From contig OX597833.1 in assembly GCA_951406725.2 (NCBI GenBank), positions 7,440,001 to 7,504,000 of the forward strand: a stretch of 64,000 bases of DNA, read 5' to 3'. Both the position numbers and the translations under genes were made by a program. The DNA comes from Octopus vulgaris. Lineage: Eukaryota. Each line of letters opens with the position of its first letter. Position 1 is the stretch's first letter. The notes below the pieces were generated by a model. It did no database searches. It saw only the letters and a program-made list of their open reading frames with translations, and had not been told where the DNA came from. Shown piece by piece: positions 42,650-57,909 of this stretch.

Positions 42650-44255
42650 AGTGCCACTGCCAAAATAATGTCACAAATCGCAACGAGTTTAAAAAGGTCA
42701 GAAGTAGATGGCAATCTCAACTGGGGCAAATGAAACAGACATGGTGGCGAAAGAGGGCACAAGAGTTTCGGGATACTGCGGATAGGTGTGACTTCAAATC
42801 ATTCGATCAGAATTTAAAGGGTGTTTTTGGACCTGTTTCTCGTGACTCAGTTTCCATACTTTCAACTGAGGGTAATCTTTTGACAGACGAAAAAGAGATC
42901 ACAAAGCGATAGGTTTTGATTATGGACTCAAATGTTGATGAAGAACTGATCAACGACCTATCACGGAGGACTGTCCTCGAAGAACTGTCTGCTGCTCCAT
43001 CAAATGCTGAGACAAAAAAAAAAAGATGTCATAAAACAGTTCACAAATGGGAAGTCGTCTGGGAGTTATGGCAGACCAGCCGAGATGTATAACTATGGCA
43101 GTAATCTCCTGTTGAACAAATTACATGAACTCTTCTCGTTAATCTGGGAAACAGGATCAGTCCCACAGGAGTTTAAAGATGCTTCTGTTGGCAGTCTTTA
43201 TAAGCACCAAGACAACAAATGAGAATGGGACAACCGTAGAGGAATCTCCCTTTTGTGTGTTGCTGGGAAGATCCTTGGTGGGTTATCTTAAACAGTCTAA
43301 ATGATGCCCAAGCCAGATTAGTGTTGTATGAATCTCAGTGTGGCTTTCGGAATGATAGAGGCACAGTGGATATGATTTTCAGCCTGAAGCAACTGCAGGA
43401 AAAGGCCCGTGAGCACAACCGAGACCTTTGCCATTTTTGTAGATCCAACCAAAGTTTTTGACCCCGTATCTAGGGATGCCATTTGGGTTGTCCAAAGGAA
43501 GCTATGTGTTCCAGAAAAGACGCTCAATGTCATCATTTTCTTTTATCAAGGGATGATGGCCTCACTTAGATTTATAGGAGAAGGGTCTGATTCATCCAGT
43601 TTCAAATGGAACAAAATAAGACTGTGTTCTTGCACCACACTTATTTGCTTTGTATTTCTCCGTCATTTTGGAAACAACGTTCGAAGGTGTAAAAAAAGGA
43701 GTGATTCTAAGCAAAGCCTAAGACTTTGGTGCAAACAGTTCGAGATTTGCTCTTCGCAGTCGATTGTGCACTTGTAGAACACACTCTTGAGGACATGCAA
43801 TGGATTCTAAACAACTTTTCGCGTGCATCGAAGGCTTTTAGTCTGACCATCAGCATCAATAAAACCGCTTGTCCATCGGCCTATTCTTGACCATCCTCCC
43901 ACTGTTGCCTCTATTGCATATGCTGATGGGAAAGCATTAAAAACTCTCTCCTCCTTCAGTTATCTTGGTTCAAAGATGGATAAAGAAATAGAGTCTAGGA
44001 TCGGGAAGGCTAGCTCCGCTTTATTCAAGCTTTTCACTGGCGATGTTTATAAGTCGATGGTTTTGAGAGCGTTGCTTTATAGTACAGAATCTTGGACGCT
44101 TTTCATATGCGATGCTTGCGTAGTATCTCCAACATAAAACCGAGTGACCATATTCATAACAGTGAGGTGCTAACAAAACGCAGCATATCAGATATTGAAG
44201 CCATCCTCATCAAAGTACAGCTTTGATGGTCAGGTCATCTCTCACGTATGATGAC
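42650..44255 (+). mobile_element. RTE-clade LINE ORF2 remnant (RT region)
   Basis: GKSSGSYGRPAEMY..LIWETGSVPQEFKDA; RGISLL; ESQCGFRNDRGTVDMIFSLKQLQEK; FVDPTKVFD; many frameshifts. Confidence 0.9.
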
Positions 44256-44435
44256 TTGTTTGATACCGGATTGATTGCAAAATCGAATCAGTTCGTGCCA
44301 GTCACGAGGCCAAATATCCCTGAGAGTTTCATCCGAATCTATTCAGCGGTCCATGAGATATCCTGTCCACGGACAAACAAACAAACAAACGCGAATGAAA
44401 ACAATACCCCGCTTTCGCTAAGGCGGGGGTAATAA
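44256..44435 (+). mobile_element. Helentron-derived (HINE/DINE-like) 3' end
   Basis: gagtttcatccgaatctattcagcgg..gagatatc, (acaa)n, terminal hairpin taccccgc...gcgggggta then AT-rich end. Confidence 0.6.
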
Positions 44436-44572
44436 TAACAGTTAGTCATTGTAAGTAATTAGTTATACCAAATTAAATCATGGAATTTCAGAATTTTAAT
44501 ATGCTACACCACTGGTGTTAAATTGATGTTAATTAAATAAATATCCAATTTCTCACCCTCATTTTAAATTTA

Positions 44573-44627
<55 letters not shown>

Positions 44628-44704
44628 AATATGCATGACTACTTACCGATACACACATGCCCACATATATCTATGTATATACATATACATACGTACATGC
44701 GTAT

Positions 44705-44791
<87 letters not shown>

Positions 44792-45615
44792 TAAATAGAT
44801 AGATAGATAGATGGATAGATAGGTAGATAGATTGATAAGTATACAGTTAGATAGATACATACATACATTAATTCGCATATATACATGCATATACACGCCA
44901 ACATTGTATGTATAGATTTGTGTGTGTAAGTGTATACATACCCCGAACACACACAGAGGTGGACAGCCATAAGCTGATTGTCGGTTATTTCCCACCCACC
45001 CACAATCAAAGCAAGACAGAAAGAATGGAAGAAAGAAAGAAAGGAAGAAAGAAAGGAAGAAAGAAAGAAAGAAAGAGAGAAACAAAGAGAAAGTACCCGT
45101 TGTAATGATGTGGTGTGTTAATGTGAGGTAACATTAACCGGGTGAAGTTTGTCTTAAATATTTACACAAACCCACCCAGACATGAAGAGATGCAGCCATC
45201 TTCCTCATCCCCACCGCACCCTGCTCCTCTACCCCTGGTCACCCACACTATCAGGACGCCATTATATACCCGGTCTTTAACTCTACTGTCAAACCAGAAA
45301 CTCCACCCTGCCCGCACACACACCCTGCCTCATCTCCACCCCCACTCCACCCCACCCCATCTGCCACCGACAGTGAAATTAATGTGTGTGTCTGTTTATG
45401 TTTACGAGTGTGTGTGTGTGTGTGTGTGTGTGTACATGTGTGTCTGTGCATTTATAAACACTCACGTATATCTATATATATGTGTATCTATATATATGTA
45501 TATACAGGTATGTATATGCATGTATGCCTATGTGCTTATGTGTGTGCATACATAAACATTCACAGTCATTTATGTATATACTTATTTGTGTATGTATGTA
45601 TGTATGCATGCATGA

Positions 45616-45666
<51 letters not shown>

Positions 45667-46166
45667 TATACATATATGTAGATACATATGTGTGTATGTA
45701 CATATATATTTCATATACATATGCATATATATACGTGTGTGTATGTGTGTGTATCTCAGTATACACACACACACACATACACACATACACATATACACAC
45801 ACATATATATATATGTGTGTGTGTGTGTGTATTTACGTATTGAAACATGGCGATAATGGTAGTCCTTAAGGCAAGTTTTGAGCAGCTTCATGTGTGGTGG
45901 CTGTGGTGGTGGTGGTGGTTGTGGTGGTTGTGGTAGTGAAAGTGGTGGTGCTGATATTAATGGTTCTAGTGGTTGTCCTGTCGATAGCAGTGGTGGCGTA
46001 GGCGTTGGCGTTGGTGGCAGTGGTTGTATTAGGTGTGGTACACTGTGCGAGGAAGCTGGCTTCTGATGAGATTGATAAGTGAAGGAACACGCAGACGGAC
46101 AAACAGACAGGCAGACAGACAGACTGACAGGCAGGCAGACTGACAGATATATAGATAGATAGATTG

Positions 46167-46293
<127 letters not shown>

Positions 46294-46294
46294 C

Positions 46295-46344
<50 letters not shown>

Positions 46345-46961
46345 GATAAATAGATAAGCAGGCAGACAGACAGGTGGATGGATGAATAGACAAATAAATG
46401 AATGGCAAACAACAGAGCTATTGTATATGATGACCGCTGGTCAAATAGTTTGGAGGAGGGTGGATGGATGGAGGGGGGATATACAGGGAACTTGATCGCA
46501 GGATCGATCTTAGCGTCCACCACCGAGATAGTAGAACTTATTTCATTTCTTGATTCATGGATTTATTGGGTCGGTACCTAAATAGGTTTGAGGGCGATAA
46601 GCCGGGAGGCAGAGTTTGTGTTAGGAAGGTTTTAGAATATTTGGACAGGTCTTTTGTTGGTGCTGTTTATCAGAATATGGTGGGGGTGGATAAATTGTCG
46701 GGTGGAAGATGATCAAAAAGGCTTGTTGGGTGGTTGGAATTTCGGAATGAGGATTTGGGCATGGAATGTATGTAAGTGTATGTTTGTGTGTATATATGTA
46801 TGCGTGAGTGTGTACTCGTGTAAATACATGTATACATGCATACGTTCATAAGTACATACATACATGATATATACATACATGATACACAGATACATACATA
46901 CATACATACATAAATACATACATACATACATACATACATACATACATACATACATACATAC

Positions 46962-47005
<44 letters not shown>

Positions 47006-47024
47006 CATATACATATATATATAT

Positions 47025-47117
<93 letters not shown>

Positions 47118-47595
47118 GAGAGAGAAAAGAGAGACATGAATGCATTTGTGTATCAGTGTATGAATTGATGGATGGATCCTTTGAAGCTTAGATAAAAAGG
47201 GTGAGATAAGGGTGGATGACTTTATCGGGTGGATAGAGGTGGGAGTGGACGAATTGTTAGGGTAGACTGGTTAATGTTACATTATTTGATGAAGGGGTGA
47301 TTTTTTTTTTATAAAAGGGGGTGGGCTGTTAACGTTAGGGTTAGGAAGGGTGGAGGGTAACAAATCGAAGATCGACAAAAACATCAGCAACAACAACAAA
47401 AACACCAGAGATAGTGATAACAACAACAACAGCGAGTGTGGTGGGGGTTCCCACCTCCACAATGTGTCAGAAGGAAGGACTAAAGCCTTGCCAATCGTTT
47501 TAATGTATTAATGGCAATTAATATTGACAACAACAAAAACAAAAGCAACAGCAGCAGCGACAGCAACAACAGCAGAAACAACAAATATATATCCC

Positions 47596-47636
47596 CATCA
47601 TCATCATCATCGTCGTCGTCGTCGTCGTCGTCGTCG

Positions 47637-47688
<52 letters not shown>

Positions 47689-47711
47689 CCTCCTCCTCCT
47701 CATCATCATCG

Positions 47712-47796
<85 letters not shown>

Positions 47797-47883
47797 CATC
47801 ATCTTCATCATCCTCATCGTCATCATCCTCATCGTCATCATCACCATCATCATCATCATCATCATCATCACCATCATCATCAC

Positions 47884-47921
<38 letters not shown>
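47596..47921. repeat. (CAT)n/(CGT)n trinucleotide array within a longer mixed triplet region (47520-48270)
   Basis: Direct reading. Confidence 0.95.
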
Positions 47922-47922
<1 letters not shown>

Positions 47923-48600
47923 TAGCAGCAGCAGCAGCAGCGTCGTCATCATCATCATCACCAACAACAACAACACCAACACTATCATCATCATCATTAT
48001 CATTACTACCACCACCACCAACAACAACAACAATACCACAACTACCACCACCATCATCATTATCATTATTATTATTACTACCATCATCACCCCCAACAAT
48101 AACAAAACTGACAACAACAACAACACCAACAGCAGTTACATAAGCAACTAAAACAGGCATCACTATCATCAACATCAAAATGAGAATCAGTGGCATAATG
48201 CAACGAAATTTCATCATCATCAACAACAACAACAGCAACAGAAGCTTGACGATGACAACAACAACAACATCCGTAGTAAGAGTAGGAAATCATAATCGGA
48301 GATTTTAACTTGGAATTTACTCCAAATTTATTTTTTAAAGAAAAGACTTTCAAGGTAATGCTTTTTTGTTTTGTTATTTTTAGATATAATTTTTTGTTAT
48401 TGCTCTTGTAATGCTAAAAATGGTCAAGAGCCGCACTAAATGAGTTATTTCAGTATATTTCTGCGGTATTTTTTATACTCACATAGTAGTCACCCCACCC
48501 CCCGCTTCATACCTGCCTTACATTCCCCAGCCATCTATTGTCCACACTCACTCCCAACGCACGCAGCAATCTTACATTGATTCCCTCAGCGGACACGTTA

Positions 48601-48833
48601 AAGCCATCCTCCAATGAAGCCATCCTCCAGTGAAGCCATCCTCCAATGAAGCCATTCTCCAGTAAAGTCATCCTCCAGTAAAGCCATCCTCCAGTGAAAC
48701 CATCCTCCAATGAAGCCATCCTTCAGTGAAGCCATCCTCCAATGAAGCCATCCTCCAATGAAGCCATACTCCAGTAAAGCCATCCTCCAGTGAAGCCATC
48801 CTCCAGTGAAACCATCCGCCATCCTCCAATGAA
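48601..48833. repeat. 16-bp minisatellite (aagccatcctcca[a/g]tg), ~14 copies
   Basis: Direct reading. Confidence 0.95.
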
Positions 48834-48952
48834 GAGAGGTCATGATCCATTTTCTCTTTCAATACCAACAAAACACAAACACTATGCATAACAAGAAAAT
48901 ATCACTGAATCGTCGTAACCGACGGAGTGCTCTTCATAATCACGAACTGGAC

Positions 48953-49270
48953 CTCCGTCGGTTACGACGACGAGAGTTCCAGTTGATCCGATCAACCGAA
49001 CAACCTGCTTATGAAATCAACATACAAGTGGTTGAGTACTCCACAGACATGCATACCCTTAATGTAATTCTCAGGGAGATTCAGAATGACACAGAATGCG
49101 ACAAGACTGGACCCCTTTGAATTACAGGTACAACTCATTTTTGCCAGCTGAGTAGACTGGAGCAACGTGAAATAAAGTTTCTTGTTTAAGGATACGACAC
49201 ACCGCCTGGAATCGAACTTTCACCCTTACGATCGTGATCCGAATACATTAACCACTAATCCACTCGCCTC
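48953..49270 (-). mobile_element. SINE head B + tail Y
   Basis: Tail matches 27722-27905; head matches 9749-9880. Confidence 0.82.
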
Positions 49271-49299
49271 GACCCCTCACTCAAGTAGTGACCTCAAAA

Positions 49300-49612
49300 T
49301 TGTTCTGACTGTTGGGTTATAGTATCACCAAGGAAATATCCTGGTGAAAATGCTCAGTTGCGCGTCGGGTCTCTCGTCAGGACCAGAAGTTACTTCAACC
49401 CACAACACTTATTAATACCCTACGAAGCTCAGGTAAGAAGAGTATTCTTCTCACACCTGGGACGGTGCTACAGCTGCTGCTGCTGTTGTTGTTGTTGTAG
49501 CTTCTGCTGCTGCTATTTCACGCACTCACCAACGTATTGGACCACATCCAGAAAAGACCTAATCAACTGTTTGAAGCATGCTGTGTCTCCTCTCTTTGTC
49601 TTTTCTACCACT
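49300..49612 (+). mobile_element. Decayed LINE ORF2 fragment (Jockey/L2/CR1 group)
   Basis: GSLVRTRSYFNPQHLLIPYEAQVR and LDHIQKR resemble post-RT motifs. Confidence 0.45.
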
Positions 49613-49614
49613 AC

Positions 49615-49696
<82 letters not shown>

Positions 49697-49796
49697 GTTA
49701 GGTAGGTTGGCAAATACATATATATAAATTTTTATGACTAAGTTTGTTATAGAAGATACAGATACTAACTACCACTACTATTCTTGCTGATGCTGA

Positions 49797-49871
<75 letters not shown>

Positions 49872-51030
49872 ACAAAGTAGGTGAAGTGGTAAAATGTTGG
49901 TGGAAACGACTTCAGTGAAGTCTCGTCAAGTTGTGGTTTCGAATCCTGCGATGTCTCTTTTGTCATTTATTGTTCTGAGATCGATATAATATGTACCAGT
50001 CATATATGGTGAAGAATAGAGAATCTCGCTCATCATTAATAACACTATCACATCGCCGAATACAATGTCTTAGGAATTGCCACAGCAAAAACTGTAAAAC
50101 CTTGTAGACATGTATTCTTTATAATATACGAAGTTGTGGAATGCATCCATTTCCCAAGAATGAAAACAAAATCGCTTTTTGCAGGAGTCAAGGCCGATCG
50201 TTCCCAGAACATTTCTATTGTTGGAGTTCTTGAAATTTTTTAGCATTGTGTTCCAGGAATGTGTGAGTGGTTGAGAAGTTTGCTTCGTAAGCTCCTGGTT
50301 TCGGATCCGCTCTTATTTCGTTGGCGCTACACCATTAAACTAGTCTCTCCCTTCTACCTTTTATTCTTCCAAACATTATTAGATTTCTAAATGACTCACT
50401 CATTTCATGGCTCTGACCAAAACATTGCTTTCCGTGTTCCTGTTTCTGGAAGCCTTTCTCTCTTCCCAACCCATTCCATTAAGTTGTTCTAAAACTGACT
50501 GGTCTTGGCATTCAGTCCTTCCTCTTAACCCATTTGGTACCGCCTTTAGTTCTATGACTCAAACTTCCTGTTTTAAAGAGATCTAAATTTAAACTTTCCA
50601 ATAAAGTTCTTCATGCAAATTCTTCGTTATTTTTAAAATTGAAATATATTTAAACAAAAAATATAGAAAATGCCAAGAAAACTGCGAAAACATTTTGTTC
50701 CAAATACTGACAATTTCCTCTCAGTGTTGCCTGTATGTATGCCCCCATCTCACATCCATGCAACATTATTGCAATTATCACAGACGATCTCAGCATCAGT
50801 TTTTCGTTCGTTACCGAAATGTTTTTGCTGGTCTTGGATTAATTTTGCTATTGCTTTGGTAATTCGCCACTTTCTCCGGTTTCCACATATTATATATTTC
50901 CATCGATTACAGATCGAACTAGTATCTTTGATTTTGCTATTTCAGAGGATATACATCCTGCCTCTCGTAGCCTAACAATTTCTCACTCCAATTCTTGCAA
51001 GTTCCAGGTTGTCAAGTACGTAAGTCCTAT

Positions 51031-51446
51031 ACCTATTTCTTTACTATCCACAAGGGGCTAAACACAGAGGGGACAAACAAGGACAGAGAAACGGATTAAG
51101 TCGATTATATCGACCCCAGTGCGTAACCGGCACTTATTTAATCGACCCCGAAAGGATGAAAGGCAAAGTCGACCTCAGCTAAATTTGAGCTCAGAATGTA
51201 ACGACAGACGAAATACCTATTTCTTTATTACTCACAAGGGGCTAAACATAGAGGGGACAAATAAGGACAGACATAGGTATTAAGTCGATTACATCGACCC
51301 CAGTGCGTAACTGGTACTTAATTTATCGACCCGAAAGGATGAATGGCAAAGTCGACCTTGGCGGAATTTGAACTCACAACGTAACGACAGACGAAATACG
51401 GCTACGCATTTCGCCCGGCGTGCTACCGATTCTCCCAGCTCGCCGT
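51031..51446 (-). mobile_element. Dimeric SINE family M
   Basis: Two bodies joined at aaagaaatag|gtatttcgtctg, the same junction as at 28688. Confidence 0.9.
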
Positions 51447-51637
51447 CTACACTTCTATGCTCCACCATTCACTGCATACAGTTAAAGCTTGAGAGGAAAA
51501 ACAGCAACAAAACGTCTTTACTTTCTGTCAGAATATAAGAGAGTGCGAGTGAGAGGTGTCACCAGTTCCAAATATGTTTCACTTCTTTGATCTGTTGTTG
51601 ATTGTTGTGTTCCTGATGATGGTCTCCATTGCTGTCA

Positions 51638-51675
<38 letters not shown>

Positions 51676-51744
51676 TTTGCTGTTGTTGTTGTTGTTGCCA
51701 CATCATTTTGTCCTCCCCTGTTTGTCGATTTTTGCGATGGTTGA

Positions 51745-52230
51745 AACGAAGGAACAGCGTCCTTCCGTGTGATTCTGTTTTCTGCAGGAGAAAACGGCAG
51801 CCCAAACAATTCTGGTGCTTCAAACACCGTACAAGGACACTGTGCCATAAGCCAAACACAAGTTTATGAGTGATTTTCACGCTTTAGGAATGGTCACTTG
51901 TTGCTTGAAGACCAAACATCGTCCAGGGCGACCGTCGACCTCCCGAACGAATGAAAACATCACGAAAATTCATAAATTAATCTTGGACGACCGTCACCAA
52001 ACAATTGACGAATTTGTTGATATGACTGGTGTGTCTTGGTGCTCCTGCGAACGAATTTTGAGTGAGGAATTGCGAATGAAAAGAGTTCCAGCAAAGGATG
52101 TGACCCCACTTGCTCACGGAAGATGAAAAGCAGTCATGACTGAATGCGTGTCGTGAACTGAAAGAACAGTTGGAAGATGATCCAGACCTTCTTTTCGAAT
52201 GTCACTAAAGGTGACGAAAGCTGGTGCTAC
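51745..52230 (+). mobile_element. mariner transposase remnant
   Basis: RPGRPSTSRTNENITKIHKLILDDRHQTIDE..ILSEELRMKRVPAK..LLTEDEKQ..GDESWCY. Confidence 0.9.
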
Positions 52231-52241
52231 GTAGTAGTAGT

Positions 52242-52500
52242 AGAAGCCCGTCGTAAATATATATATATATATAAATGTGTATGCGTATGTATATGTTTGT
52301 GTGTCTGTGTTTGTCCCTCGAACGTTGCTTGACAACCGATGCTGGTGTGTTTAAGTCCTCGTACCTTAGCGGTTCGGCAAAAAGAGACCGATAGAATGAT
52401 TACTAGGCTTACAAAGAATAATTCCTCTGGTCGATTTGCTCGACTAAAGGCGGTGCTCCAGTATGGCCGTAGTCAAATGACTGAAACATGTAAAAGAATA
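52242..52500 (+). mobile_element. SINE family C 3' part
   Basis: agaagcccgtcgta...ggcggtgctccagtatggccg...taaaagaata. Confidence 0.88.
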
Positions 52501-52547
52501 AATGAATATGTGTGAATGTGTGTGTGTATGTGTGTGTGTGTGTGTGT

Positions 52548-52921
52548 GGCACTCCGTCGGTTCCGACGACGAGGGTTCCAGTTGATCAATCAACGGAACA
52601 GCCTGCTTGTGAAGTTAACGTGCAAGTGGCTGAGCACTCCACAGACACATGTACCCTTAACATAGTTCTCAGGGGAGATTCAGCGTGACAAGGCTGGCCC
52701 CTTTTAATTACAGGCACGATAGAAACAGGGAAAAAAGAGTGAGAGAAAGTTGCAGTGAAAGAGTAGAGCAGGGTTCGCCACCCTCTCCCCCTGCCGGAGC
52801 CTCGTGGAGCTTTTAGGCGTTTTCGCTCAATAAGCACTCACAACGACCGGTCTGGGAATCGAAACGGTGATCCTATGATCGCGAGTCCGCTTTCCCTAGC
52901 AACTGGACATTTGCGCCTCCA
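52548..52921 (-). mobile_element. SINE head A + tail Y
   Basis: Match to 27722-28100. Confidence 0.9.
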
Positions 52922-53780
52922 CTGTGTGTATGTATGTATGTATGTAAATATGTATGTATGTATGCATGTATGTATGCATGTATGTATGTATTACAGCTAT
53001 CTCTACAGAATTCATGGCCAGCGCTGTACGTTATGACTTTTCGATACATGTATAAACCTATATATATGTGTGTATAATAGACATGTGTGTGTGCGTGTGT
53101 GTCTGTGAATTGAATATGAAGATCGGTGTCGTGAGTGCAGTGGAGTCGTAATGTTTTGGAGTGCAGCCGATTTGTTAAACCCTGATAAACCAAACAATAC
53201 ACTAAATGTCCCAACGGAATTCAGCGGAACCCCGATCTAAGAAAGATCACTTTCTTACATGGATATTTTATTTTGTAATCGATTCAATTAAATCCTAAAT
53301 CTCTAAAATCTGAAATAATACTGAAAGTATTTCCAGTGATCAAATAATACAGCATCAACGAGAAAACATAAGTTCGAATTCCATCCTATTCTTATATTCT
53401 ACATATCCTCTCTCTCCCTCCCTCCATCTCTCCCTCCCTCCATCTCTCCCTCCCTCCATCTCTCCCTCTCTCTCTCTCTCTGTTTATCTCTCTCACTTTC
53501 TCTTTTATATTTAATATTCATAATATACTTTATTTTTTGTTTAAAATGCAAACTTATGTATTTCGAGATTTTAGTAAAATTATATTATAATTCATGTAAC
53601 CAAGTATTGTTTTAATGCAGCGGTTACGAGTTCGATTGCAACCCGAATATTCTTTGAAATTGGGTAAATCTTGTTCAATATTAATTCTAACAACTGCTGT
53701 CGCTGTTGTTGCTACATAGATTAAATAAGTATGTATCTCTCTTTGTTTCTTTCTCTGTCTGTCTGTCTGTCTGTCTCTCG

Positions 53781-53824
<44 letters not shown>

Positions 53825-54130
53825 ATGTATATAGCCCACACCGTTTGTTTTTAGTGTTTTGTTACCACTTTAACCCTCCTCAAAATTTCCAAATTTTATT
53901 TAATTTACTTTGTTTTAACGAAGTCTCGTCTTGTCCCTACCTTCGAACGCAGAGTATATAAAACAGGGGACAACTGATGAACGGATTGTTCTTTATGTTG
54001 CCTATCCCGTTTCTCTGTTTGTTTCTTTCGTTGTCAGAAAAAAAGTTCGTTTTCCATGTTTTTGTTGTTTATTTATGTTCCCGTTTTACATTTTTTCAAT
54101 TTTTTTAATGTCCTGTACCTATATATGCAA

Positions 54131-54175
<45 letters not shown>

Positions 54176-54256
54176 TATGTAGGTATGTACATATATGTAT
54201 GTATATATGCATACATATCATATATATGTAGGTATGTACCTATATGTATGTATATA

Positions 54257-54290
<34 letters not shown>

Positions 54291-54318
54291 TATATACATA
54301 CATATATGTACATATATG

Positions 54319-54379
<61 letters not shown>

Positions 54380-54678
54380 ACGTATATATATATGCTATAT
54401 TTTTATTTATAAATATTTCTATATATGAAATAAGTGTGTCTGTGTGTGTCTGTGTGTACACACACGCCCACAATTCCATTTGTGAATTTTAGTGCGTAAT
54501 TGCAATAAAGAATATTTGGAAGCATAATTCGATATCAGCTAAAATCAATAATGGATAGATGATAGATAATGATAGCATCGCATTTCTAGATATCAATAAA
54601 TATCACTTTCTTGTCATTTGAACTCTTACACTTGCTCATCATTGTTACTGAATATGGTTTTGTTTAAAAGTATCTCTT

Positions 54679-54883
<205 letters not shown>

Positions 54884-55019
54884 TTGTGCGTGTGTGTGTG
54901 TGTCTGTGTCTGTGCGTGTGTATGTATGAATGCATATGTATATTGATAAATACAATAATATGTATATGCGTTTATATGAATATATATTCGTTTGTATGTT
55001 TGTACTGTATTAAAAACCG

Positions 55020-55590
<571 letters not shown>

Positions 55591-55612
55591 ATATATATGT
55601 ATATATATATAG

Positions 55613-55950
55613 TTGCAGCGAGGCAGGTGCTTATAAGCCATTTAAGGGATACAAAAGCCGTTCGATTCACTTCAACATTTAAATTTAATATTTAAAATAT
55701 TTTCGTTGCCTTGAGACCGCGACCTGTTCACTGACAAAATTCCGAGCTGCATCTTATTTTGTCAGTGAACAGGTCGCGGTTTCAAGGCAACGAAAATATT
55801 TTGGCAAATTAAATTTAAATGTTGATGTCAATCTCGCGGTTTTTGAGTGCGTTTAAGTGGCTTATAAACACCTTCCACGCTGCAATTGTTTTCGTTCCAG
55901 CAAACGATCTTAGATCAGGTCAGTCGCTATGCAAGTACATCTCCGTAATA
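55613..55950 (+). mobile_element. ~270-bp palindromic element + 3' extension in (TA)n
   Basis: ttgcagcg(55613)...cgctgcaa(55885); central ~50-bp arms nearly perfect. Confidence 0.85.
55758..55808 (+). ncRNA. Hammerhead motif with compensatory G3:C8 core (GUGAACA)
   Basis: tttgtca-GTGAACA-g-gtcgc ggtttcaag gcaac-GAAA-atat-TT-tggcaaa; mirrored on the minus strand in the left arm. Confidence 0.65.
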
Positions 55951-55977
55951 TATATGTATATAAAATCTAAGTATCAT

Positions 55978-56024
<47 letters not shown>

Positions 56025-56026
56025 TG

Positions 56027-56213
<187 letters not shown>

Positions 56214-56535
56214 ATGCATATATATAAATACACACACATACGTGTTTGCTCTCACTCTCTCACACTGACACAAACACACATGCTCGTCGGCTTTATTAGA
56301 ATCCAGTGTGTATATATATATTTATACAATGGTTTATTCAAATAAACAAATGGTTATTAACACAAACTTACTGACACATGTTTATGCGAACACACACGAG
56401 CATACACAAACACACACACATACACACAAATATACATAGATACGCGCACGCACATAATGGAAAAGTACATATGTATACATGCATTTCCGTATATTTACGC
56501 CTATATATGTATATATATATTTGTATGTAGGTATG

Positions 56536-56654
<119 letters not shown>

Positions 56655-56754
56655 GTATGTACATAAATACGTAACACATGTGCATATATACATAATCATA
56701 CGCACTTGCATATATATATATGTGTGTGTGTGTGTATGTGTGTGTATACAGATA

Positions 56755-56888
<134 letters not shown>

Positions 56889-57209
56889 CAGATAGATAAT
56901 TATGTGCGTATGTAAGCAATTGTATAACACTGAAAATTGTGACAATCGATAATTAAAGCATTGGTAGGTGGAAGATCACAAGTCGTCAGTCCATGTTTTC
57001 CGCTGCTGATCTCCAGGTGATTGGAATCGATATTACCTGAAATATTTTATCTATGAAAATGAACATACGATAACAATTGAATGTATTAACGAATAATTTT
57101 GGATAATATTGTAAACAAGAAAATCATATTGGTTGGTTGTATTATCGTTTTAGGAAACTCTAAAAGAATTTTGATGTTTGACATCGCAAAATAATTTTTT
57201 CATATTATT

Positions 57210-57663
57210 AGTTTCAAATTTTGGCACGAGGCCAGCAATTTCGAAGGAGAGGCTAGTCGGTTACAAAGACCCCAAGACAAGGCGGCGAGCTGGCAGAAAC
57301 GTTAGCACGTCGGGCGAAATGCTTAGCGGTGTTTCGTCTGCCGTTACGTTGTGAGTTCAAATTCCGCCGAGGTCGACTTTACCTTTCATCCTTTTATAAA
57401 TTAAGAACCAGTTACGCACTGGGATCAATGTAATCGATTTAATCCCTTTGTCTGTCCTTGTTTGTCCCCTCTATGTTTAGCCCCCCCTTCTGGGTAGTAA
57501 AGAAATAGGTTACAAAGACCCCAATGCTCCTTATTCTATCGGCCCTCGAAAGGACGAAAGCAAAGTCAACCTCTGCTGCATTTGGACTCAGAACGTAAAG
57601 ATGGACGTAATACCTCTAAGCATTTCGCCCGGCGTGCTAACCATTCCGCCAGCTCGTCGCCTT
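57210..57663. mobile_element. Nested SINEs: family M (+) inserted into an older family M (-), 17-bp TSD
   Basis: ggttacaaagaccccaa at 57259-57275 and 57508-57524. Confidence 0.9.
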
Positions 57664-57866
57664 ACAGAACGATAGATTTTGCTTGGGAACCTATTAATGG
57701 GTTTATGGAAAAATAGATTAATGCAACAAGTGGTTGGGAGGAAAATTTGGAGGGAAAAACCTAGCATTGAAAGGAAAATAAATAGTTTTGGGATTAAAAT
57801 ATCTCTAAACTCTTTGAAATCGGGTTGATAAACTCCACAGTATTCTACATTCAGGTTGTTGTAGAC

Positions 57867-57909
57867 GCCTCTAATGAGAACTCAATAAGGTTCGATAATC
57901 GATTAAGCT
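57867..57909 (+). ncRNA. Degenerate minimal hammerhead (two core substitutions)
   Basis: gcct-CTAATGA-gaac tcaataag gttc-GATA-atcgat-TA-agc. Confidence 0.55.

Noticed and set aside
48507-48889. Repeat protein (GGWLHWRMASLEDGF)n
   Set aside because: A 16-bp unit is not a multiple of 3, and all frames give the same peptide cycle
53968-54036. Hammerhead at gacaa-CTGATGA...ttgtc (similar cases at ~25370 and ~32970 on the minus strand)
   Set aside because: No GAAA/stem III/UH found, so only half a core is present
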